Positions 54,663 through 64,000 of a DNA stretch of 64,000 bases are shown here, piece after piece (positions within the stretch are counted from its first letter, which is position 1; each line of letters opens with the position of its first letter). The position numbers and the translations under genes are program-made. The stretch comes from the human T2T-CHM13v2.0 reference genome, Homo sapiens. Under the pieces are notes generated by a model. That model made no database searches. It was not told the origin of the DNA and saw only the letters and a list, made by a program, of their open reading frames with translations. The DNA lies in the NCBI RefSeq assembly GCF_009914755.1, contig NC_060932.1, one strand, 5' to 3'.

Positions 54663-57600
54663 CTGTTAGGCAAACAAGAACACCACCACACACAGTGAGT
54701 GACCCAGCATGAAAATGGCAAACACAAGAGACCAATGGGTATCAGTGCAATAGACTACACATTTATTACAAACCCAAAGCACACAATCCTATGGAAGTTC
54801 CTTAACATATGGCTTACTATGGCTCATATGTTTATTTTACTGATTAGCTACAAATATGAAAATAACCTTTCAATTCGTCTTTTCTAAAGTGAACTATTTC
54901 TAAACAAATTAAAACATGAGTTAAAGCACTAAAAGTTCAAGGCCCTGTTATTCAGGGACTGAATGTTTTTAATAGCCTTGCTATTTGGGGATTGAATGTT
55001 TTTAATGCCGTGACAGAATTGTTGTGATTTTTAAAAAAGAATATCTATGATATTAGCAACACTGAAGCATCTTCCTTTATGTAATCACTGTATTTTTTTA
55101 AAATCTAGGCAATTCAGGTCCTATTTTACATCTCCAGGAGAATTCACTTTGGAAAATAAAGAATGCCTCAGAAGTATGAATGACTGTACTTGAACTGCTT
55201 TGTAAAATGGTGTCCTCAATAATTACCAGCTCTAATAGCAGCTGTGTTAATTGGCTTTGACATGATTGAACTTTACATTTCTCTCAAAAGGCTCCTAATG
55301 CCATGTACAGGCAATAAGGCCTCAATTAACGATGGTCAGTGCAACAGGTCTACACTCTGTGCCTATTTTTTACGCTCTTTAGTCAGTAAACAAAAGCAAG
55401 CTCGGCTGCCGCTGGGTACGTTTCAGGGTGAACATTTCAATCTACACTTTTTTTTTTCCCTTTTTTAGTCGAGCCTATTTACCAGAAAGATTGCTACATT
55501 TTCTCCTTAGTACTGTTGCAATAATATACAATAGGCAGGTAAATAAAGGAAGTGACCCTTGGCTGGTTAACAAGAATATATATCATGAGACTGCCTCTGA
55601 GCTGATCAAAATATTTAAAAATACTTTTGCACATTTAATTGAAACAATTTCAAATCTGGCCTGGAGAACAAAGATATATTTTTCTTAAAAGAACATGGAA
55701 GAAAACATCCTGCAAAATTTGCTCAGCACAGAGAAGTCACTGTACTGGGAGTCGAGGGACTACCCTTCTGATTACATAGAAATAAAGCACTTGTGCTCAG
55801 GTTGAACTGGATCTTGTTTGAAAAAAATAATACAAAGTGCACACGCTGGTGCTTCCTGGTCCCGTGCCAATGGCAGACAGAAGTACTCAATCACAGCCCT
55901 CTTCTCTGATGGTTCACGGTGTGACTTCCAACCCCTTCTAACACAGACCTATTAGTAGTTTCCTGGTTGGCATATGAGTTGGGATGTATTTACCAATCCA
56001 GAAGCACATACTATTTAAGGCTCTCTAAAACTTGAAAGTTTTATGATAACTATACTATATATCAAAATTTCATTTTGCAATAATTAAGGGTTGGACTATC
56101 CAAGACAACTATTCATTCAACAAACACATATTCCTCACTTACTGTGCAACAGGTACTGTGTGGATGGGCTAATGGAAAGCCTGTCACAGAAAGGGAGTGA
56201 GTTTGGTCCAATTCATAGTTTAACAAACCGAAAGAGGACACTGATGTTATTGTTACATTGTATTCTAATTACATTTGCTATTCAATTGTATGTCTAAATC
56301 TTCAAAAGCCACCTAGGTAGAACCAATACTTAAACAAGTCAAATAACCGATGAAAAATTTCAATTCAGTTTGTAAGGAAACTAAAATGTTAGTTTGCTAA
56401 TATTGTTAATGAATGAGTACCAGCATAATGCTATCCTAATATTGGGAATGTCCCCTCAAATATTGTACTGTGGAAAGTAAAATTCATGATTAGTTTTTTT
56501 CTCTTTTTTTGGCTGACAAAAACCACTTTCACTCACGGTTATAACTATGAAAATGACTAGAAGGCAATGTCAACATATCCGCTTTTCTATCAATGCAATT
56601 ATGTAAAATTATAAGACAGGACTAAGACTAAAACAAAACAATAGATTAAATTTAGAGGAGAAAAAAGAACAATAAATTAGAAGAGGAAAAGTAAACTGGA
56701 AGAAGAAAAATAAATTAACCTGTAAGTTTAAACTTTGCCATATTTTCTCTTTCCTGAGTTTATTTTCTTTTGAAATATGCTTTTATAAAAAGTACATTTT
56801 GTTAACGTGACTTCTTCAGCTAAAACATAATTTCTTTAACTCAGCATATAATAAAATATTATGCTTATTTTAAATATACTTTATTATTTACAAATATTAG
56901 TACTGTTCATTTTGCATGCTACATGACAAAAATTGCTGTTAAATTGAGTTAAATAGATGTGAATATCTGCTCATGCAAGTTAAATAAACCTGAGCAATCA
57001 ATTTAAATTCCTTAGATATAGTGCCTTTAACCATAAAATGAGTATTATAAAAATACTTATTCCCGGCTGTTACCAAATTACCCACGCTATATGTAAAATG
57101 CCTAGTGTGAGATCTGATGTATTAGTGGTAGCAATGAGTTAGCTTGTAGCTTATGCTATTGTTATTTTCATCATCATCACTCTTACTTATTGAGTAAAGT
57201 GTAGCTTTATCATAATTTCATCTGAAAGAGAATTAAGAGTTCCCTAATACAGCTGAAACTAAATATTTTAGTTATGTAATGCAACTTCATGAGATAGATC
57301 CATTTGAAATCTTAAGCTTGAGCCTATGATTAAAAGACTAGATGGCTAACAAAAGCAAATTTGATTTAATGTGAAGGAAATATATCTGCAATATAAATTC
57401 TTTGAGTTGAAGAATTTAAAAAGATTTTTCGTTTAGAATTATAATTTCCTCCTCCTTTTTATAATTTATTCAATTTACCATCAGTATCTAACTTTTTGAC
57501 AGATTTAGAGGAAATAATTTCATCAGGTTTGCAATAATCTTAACTAGGGGATTAGTCAAGTCATAGCTAGTCATAGAAGCTACGCTTCCTGGAAATGCAA

Positions 57601-58779
57601 CCACTGGTTACATCCTTTTTCATCGAGAGGAACTCACACTTCAGTGATTTGGACCTATGATAACAAACAAGGAACAAAATGAAAACCTACAGATTCTCCA
57701 AAATGTATTTCAAATTTTTGCTGGTGTGTGTGTGTTCAGTCACTGATTTTATGACTTTTATACATAATTTGTTGCCTTATTGGGTGTAACATATATTGCA
57801 GTGGGCTTATTCAGCTTCCCATGATGTCCGTATCATATAATGCAGTTTTAGAAGTAATCAATTTTGTAAGGCATGATATATTTGAGAAATATTTTCAGCA
57901 TTGCAACATTTTTGTAACTTATTTTGTGTATGCAGCTTTTAAGGGCTAAGTTTCTAATTTTTTTTCATAGAAAACTTTTAAATGTCTAACTTTAGAAAGC
58001 AAAATAAAATTTTTAAAAATACTTTGCATTGCCTGAGTTAGATAGATTGGGAAGTGAAACGCAATTAAGCTCTCATTCAAATAAATTGTTTAATGTGTAC
58101 TTTGCTGGACTAGAACTCATAGTGTGCCTTCATAGCCCCACAGAGGTGAGATTGCTAAGGAAAAACATTGCCCACCCTCAACTGTTATAATTTTGTTCAT
58201 CTTTTAAGTTTTCAAAACTGAAATACTTGAGGTAAACATGATACTGAATGTACAGTCTCAAGTGAATGGCCATCTTTGATAGAATATTTCATATTCCACT
58301 TTCTGGGAGTGTCAGAGTCTCTGCTCTTCATACACCAAGTTCAGGCTGCAAACCAGGGTTTAGGCTCAATTATTGCATTTAATATTCTTGAAAACAGAAG
58401 GATAGTTCTGCTTTTAATCAGCATCAGATTATATCTATAAAGTCTGAATAATTATTCCAGCATTCACTTATTGACATCCAGCCCTCTTTGTAACTATTGA
58501 GGAAATATTTTAAATTTCAATTAAAATACTGCCGATGAGTGATCTTTCAGCCTCTCTGTTTTTAAACAATGGAGAATTAAGATCCAGAACCAAGACTTTG
58601 TGATCACTACATAGAATCAGGTCTAGAGCCAAAATGTCACAATTCACAAACCCACCATGGTGCTTTCCAAAAGTCCCGAATGATAAATGCTACAGATACA
58701 TTAAGCTACTGTTAAATGGGATTTGACAGAAACGTTGAAATTTTACTATGGAAATTGTTTTAATTTATTGGCAACATTT

Positions 58780-59530
58780 TTTGTAACTCCACACTTTGTT
58801 ATAACTACAGGATTAAACAAACTTCACAAAAAGATTATAAGCCATTCTTACACACCCTTTAGTCAGATTCATCCACTGTTTACATTTTGCTCACTTTTTC
58901 TCCCTCTGTCTCTCTAAATATGTATTTTCTAAGGTATGTGAGTGTAAGTTACAGACATGACAACTCTTTAGAGTTAAATATATCAGTATATATTTCCTAA
59001 GAACAAAGGCATTCTCTTACATAACCATAATACAATTATTAAAAGAATGAAATGTAACTTTGATGCAATGTTGTCTCATACACACCCATAATCTAATTCA
59101 CTTCAAGCTCTTGGACATATTTTTAATAGTTGTCTTAAGATCCTGTGTCAGTTCGCCACCTAGATCATCTCAGGGTCAGACTCTACCATCTCGGTAACGC
59201 CTCTCATAACTCTCTTTTGCTCAGTGTAGGACCCAATCCGAGACCACACATTGCACTTATCGGGTCTCTTAAATCTGAAAGAATCACTCAGACGGTGTCT
59301 TTTCTGAACTTGACGTTTCTTCGTGAACACGGGCAAGCTGATTTGCTGCATGCCCCTAGGGTTTTGGGGGATGTTATTGCTGCTGCTTCAGGACTCGATT
59401 CAGGTTACGCATTTCACTGGCAATACCATAGAAATGACAATGTCTCTTTTCAGTGCCTCATATCGGGAAGATAGAACATCACCTTGTTAAAATATTGGTG
59501 ATAATGGTTTATCCCATAGGATTGCTTACC
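58780..59530 (-). mobile_element. Old L1M (MC/MD-like) 3' fragments
   Basis: tgtaagttacagacatga...tttcctaagaacaaaggcattctcttacataacca... Confidence 0.6.
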
Positions 59531-61027
59531 TGAAGTACTATATGAAAGAGTAGAAAACACTCTGGTTTTGGTGAGAAAACATTGCTCTCATGTGCAAATT
59601 TTAATACTGAAATATCTACAAGATGAGAGGGAACTGAAAACATTTGCATTTGATTAACAAATTTATATCAATTTATAGTGTCATACTTCAGTTAAAAACA
59701 AAAGTATGATCCTGCAATTCGTGACTATGGGTAACCATTTCTCACTACTAATCAGTGGTATTTGACCTAAGACAACTTTTTTAGGGCCTAGTCTTAAGAT
59801 TTATACTACTTTGATTGTCAAGAGGCAATTCAGAGTAAAAAATTATCTTGGATTATCATGTTTGTGTGCACATATGTGTATGCCTATATTATATGCATAT
59901 ATATACATATATAGTCAAAAATAGTCTTTGAGAAAAAATATATACACTATGCATGGGTAAATATAATATATAAATATGCAAATATATGCACAAACATTCC
60001 TATATTAATATTTAGCGTTATTTTATATGTGAAATTAATGTTACATAGATTATATAATATAGATAGATCATATACATACATTATTTCTATTTACCTATAT
60101 AGAATGTATAATACAATAAAGGCAGAAGTGGAGACAGTATAGTCAAGGACAATAAATGAAGATTAAGGAAACTCAAGTTAAATTTCTCACATTGATAGTG
60201 TGTATGTGAGCTTACTCAAGTTGGTAAAATTATTTGGTTGGAAAGTGTTTCATACATACAACAATACATATTGAATTAATTTGTATAACCTTTTTAGACT
60301 GAAAATTTAATTGAGGAGTTTGCTTGTAAAGAATTCCTAACATTTACATTCCTATCTGTCTGAATTCTAAATCGGGTTTTGAACTCCGAATACATGGTTA
60401 CCATCACCTCTCAGTTCACCTTTGCTTGAGGCTACATTTCTGATACACAGTGCAGTGTCTATAAGGTGTCCGTGGCTATTCTTACTGTCATTACTGGAGC
60501 ATACCACCACTTCCTACGATGCCTCTCAAACATTAGAATCAAGTAGACCCACTCCAAAATAGTTCATAGAATATAACCCCAGATTCCTGTGAAATAGAGT
60601 GCTCCACACACAGGGGCCACCAACAGATTGGAAATGACGTGTGAAGGAAGCCTGCTTCCAGCCTGCGGAAATTCCCATCAGTGATCTGCATTGGTCCTGC
60701 TCACTGCTCTGGAACCCCACTCACTCACTGCCAGGATCTAGAAAACACTGGCAACACCACATATAGATTATCACTGGGAGAAGATTAGAAGCTTCCGTGT
60801 TACGAACTTTCAAACAATAAGCATCCGTGTGATGGGACCTGTGGATACTTGGAATACCTCCATGCACCCAGTCATGATTTCTGATGATGCTTCCACAAAT
60901 ATTGCGGGGAAAAGATTTAATTGTATAAATAGTACAAACCTCTAGAATTTTTGTAGAATTTTGCCAGGCATTTTAGAACGAGCTGTGTGGTTTTAACTTT
61001 CAAGGTGGACCTTAAGGCTTCTGGCTA

Positions 61028-61264
<237 letters not shown>

Positions 61265-61727
61265 TTAAGCAGAGTTGTCACACTTAAAGATAATGAAAAG
61301 TTGTTGAAATTTGTGTTTCACATGAGTTATGGTTACACAACATTCTGCAATCTTGTAAGAAAGAATTTCTTTGTGATAGCCCCAAAATGAAAAGAATTTA
61401 GGATGTGGCTCCCATGTTACTAACTTCACAATAGCCTATTCAAATATGGTTGTGAGAATAAACGACGTTTCCTTTGGAAGGAGGAAAATGCCAGGAATGG
61501 TAAATGCATCACGTCTTCACTGAAAAGGTAGGTAGAGAGCAAAAGGAAAATGGGGCTTTAGGTAAACAGGGAATGTGGGAAAAAAAAAAAAAAAAGTCAA
61601 AGGAGAGGTTTAGCTCTTCAGAATTGTGTCCAGAGTTGCTGGTTCGCTGAATTTTGGTTGTTTAAGAAACATTCGTGAAAAAAATAAAGATAATGTTTTT
61701 TTTCTTCCAAAGAGGACCCATGCGGTT

Positions 61728-62052
61728 AATGGTGGTAGAGGATGATGGTAGAGGATGATGGTAGAGGATGATGGTAGAGGATGGTGGTAGAGGATGATGG
61801 TAGAGGATGATGGTAGAGGATGGTGGTAGAGGATGGTGGTAGAGGATGGTGGTAGAGGATGATGGTAGAGGATGATGGTAGAGGATGGTGGTAGAGGATG
61901 GTGGTAGAGGATGATGGTAGAGGATGATGGTAGAGGATGATGGTAGAGGATGGTGGTAGAGGATGGTGGTAGAGGATGGTGGTAGAGGATGATGGTAGAG
62001 GATGATGGTAGAGGATGATGGTAGAGGATGATGGTAGAGGATGATGGTAGAG
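61728..62052. repeat. Minisatellite/VNTR, 25 x 13 bp GATG(A/G)TGGTAGAG
   Basis: Exact 13-bp periodicity over 325 bp, no cytosine on the + strand; unit order G AAA G AA GGG AA GG AAA GGG AAAAA. Confidence 0.97.
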
Positions 62053-62379
62053 GGAGGGAAAATTAACCACATAAAAAAGAATAAAGAGCGAACAGGGACA
62101 CACGGAGCCATGGCCGGCAAGCGTCCTCTCAAATGAGATCCAGACTCTCCTGAGAACCCCGGAGGAGAACATTTAAAGTAATGGTGTCTAACGATTATTG
62201 CGAAGATGAAGACAATATCTATAAGAGCGGCGTATTTGGCTAGAAATGCAATACTAATTTCAAATAAATGCATAATTATAGGGCTTTTCAAATAACTGTA
62301 AATCATCATTATTTGAAATCACTATTTGAAAAGTTATTTGAAATCTGTAATTCTGTCAGTTCACTCGTAAGCCCCTCAC

Positions 62380-62553
62380 CTGTGCAGTGGGGCAGTGCCC
62401 CGCTCCAGTGACTGTCTTCCTGGCACACTCTCGTGTCGTTGCCTATGAGGCTCTCGCTCCCTCTGCAGGAGTAGTGCACGACGGCGCCATAGGTAAACAG
62501 CTCTCCAGTGAGGACGGCGTTGGCAGGGACCCCTGGGTGTCCACAGGATATAG
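62380..62553 (-). CDS. CSMD1: CSMD1 coding exon (15th from last), one Sushi/CCP domain
   Basis: 174 nt, phase 1-1; acceptor ttttttctgaag|CT, donor ACAG|gtgagg; reads xISCGHPGVPANAVLTGELFTYGAVVHYSCRGSESLIGNDTRVCQEDSHWSGALPHCT (C..C..C..W..C Sushi pattern). Confidence 0.95.
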
Positions 62554-64000
62554 CTTCAGAAAAAAGATAAAACAATTGAGTACATCCTTCCAGTTAAACC
62601 ACTTTGTATTGGAAAATCTCCCATACAGACACCCATACTGACATCATGTATTAAAGAAAAACACCTAAATATTCTGGTACTTATGTAATTTGTGAGAAAT
62701 ACCAATTTTCAGATGACACTTCCTCCCCTAATTTCTTTACTGAAAAGGAAAGGTCCCGTTTATGAAGTTTTTGTTTTGCTAAGGTAGCTTTGCTTATGGT
62801 AGAAATTTACATGTGGATTTTCAAGGAGACAGCCATACTGCCTACATTTTTCCATCGACCCTTAACTATATTCCAAATGAACAGTATTATAGGAAATTTG
62901 CGAAAGTAACATGGATGCATTAAAACTATTTCCACGATGTTTTCAGTTAATATGACAATCATATTCTTTGCTTGCGGACATGATTCTGTCAAATCTGCTT
63001 AATCTTCAAGCTCACATGTCTAAGAAAACCATTCTAACAGTTACTCTTTGAATAAGGGGCAGTCTAATATGTATAAGTAAAATAATAATAATCAATTATT
63101 GATTCATTTGTTCTTCAAATTGTTCTATAAAATAATCTCATTATTTCCCTTCATTTCCTTAAAATTATACCAAATCAGGCCTAAACTCTATTTATAAATA
63201 TCCTTCAAAAAGGCAAACTCTGTAATCCAGATTAAAATAGGATAGTGAAGATTTATTTTTCCTTTACTGTACAGTATCAAATGAGGGCTAGCAATGGACA
63301 AATTTTTATCTATATGCAAAAATAACCGATTTGAGACTACCAAGGAATTACTCAAAGGCGACTGCTTTAGTATCCTAGAGTAATTCCATTTGGTAACGAG
63401 ACACCCAGAAGGGTTATCAACCAGAGAGGTAGATTTGAACGCCTGGAAGCCATGGCCATCCCCTGAGTCATATCAGCCGTCACTTTCTGTCTTACATGGA
63501 CATTGATTCATTGGAGAACCGGATTTTATCCACATAGAGTCCTTAAAAGAAGCCAGTGAGACCTGAAACAGTGAAATGCTGGATAAATGACCATTTCCAG
63601 GTGAAATAAAATTTATATCTTATTTAAATTTTAACCTTCAGTGAAACAATATCACAGCAAAATCAGACATGGAGCTCAGCTGCTCTAGAGCATGGAAAAG
63701 CAAAGGCACCCTGAGATCTTTGGATTCCCAAAGTGACGACAATTCCAACTGTTAATGACACCAAGCGGAGTGAACTGGCCACCCCGGAAAAGGAGAGCCA
63801 GCTAAACCCCAGCTCCTGGAGACTTGAGGAACATCAGCATCAGTACAAAACCAAATGGAAGTCTCACACAAGCCAGTGGAGACATAAAAGAAATGTTCTG
63901 GGACAGACAAAAACAAAACTAAACCAATTTCTATGAAAAATTCCCATGTGTGAAAGCAAGGAAGATGAGAATGCAGACATAATTTGAAGACCGTAACACA

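Noticed and set aside
61728-62052. CRISPR-like array or deliberately encoded message
   Set aside because: Head-to-tail units with no spacers, in primate DNA; a two-variant pattern is normal for minisatellites.
61662-62309. 215-aa and 148-aa His/Pro/Ser-repeat ORFs
   Set aside because: By-product of the stop-free minus strand of the 13-bp VNTR; intronic, with no promoter or splice support.

Overview
Primate (human or very close great ape) genomic DNA containing the 3' end of CSMD1 (CUB and Sushi multiple domains 1) on the minus strand. I hand-spliced 15 coding exons (62553 down to 26484). All have GT-AG boundaries and matching phases, and together they give one open frame of 2129 nt. It encodes the last 8 Sushi/CCP domains, a juxtamembrane region, one transmembrane helix and a cytoplasmic tail ending ...FENPMY...TVCTVV*. 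A ~3.2 kb 3' UTR runs to a poly(A) signal at ~23274. The first ~23 kb is repeat-rich sequence downstream of the gene (Alu, L1, L2, MIR, MaLR/ERV LTRs). Nearly all ORF-track entries outside these exons are repeat-derived or chance ORFs. I found no convincing new multi-gene system. The strongest unexplained structures are: (1) a ~510 bp TSD-flanked, poly(A)-tailed, non-TE retroposed RNA fragment splitting a MER57-type LTR (12477-12987); (2) an intronic 25x13-bp two-variant VNTR that reads as 50 YCAY (NOVA-type) motifs in the pre-mRNA; (3) several splice-architecture oddities (a microexon with an AG|GT start, an NMD-escaping TM-exon skip, orphan splice signals downstream of the gene). Repeat subfamily names and ancient-repeat boundaries are from visual recognition and are approximate.
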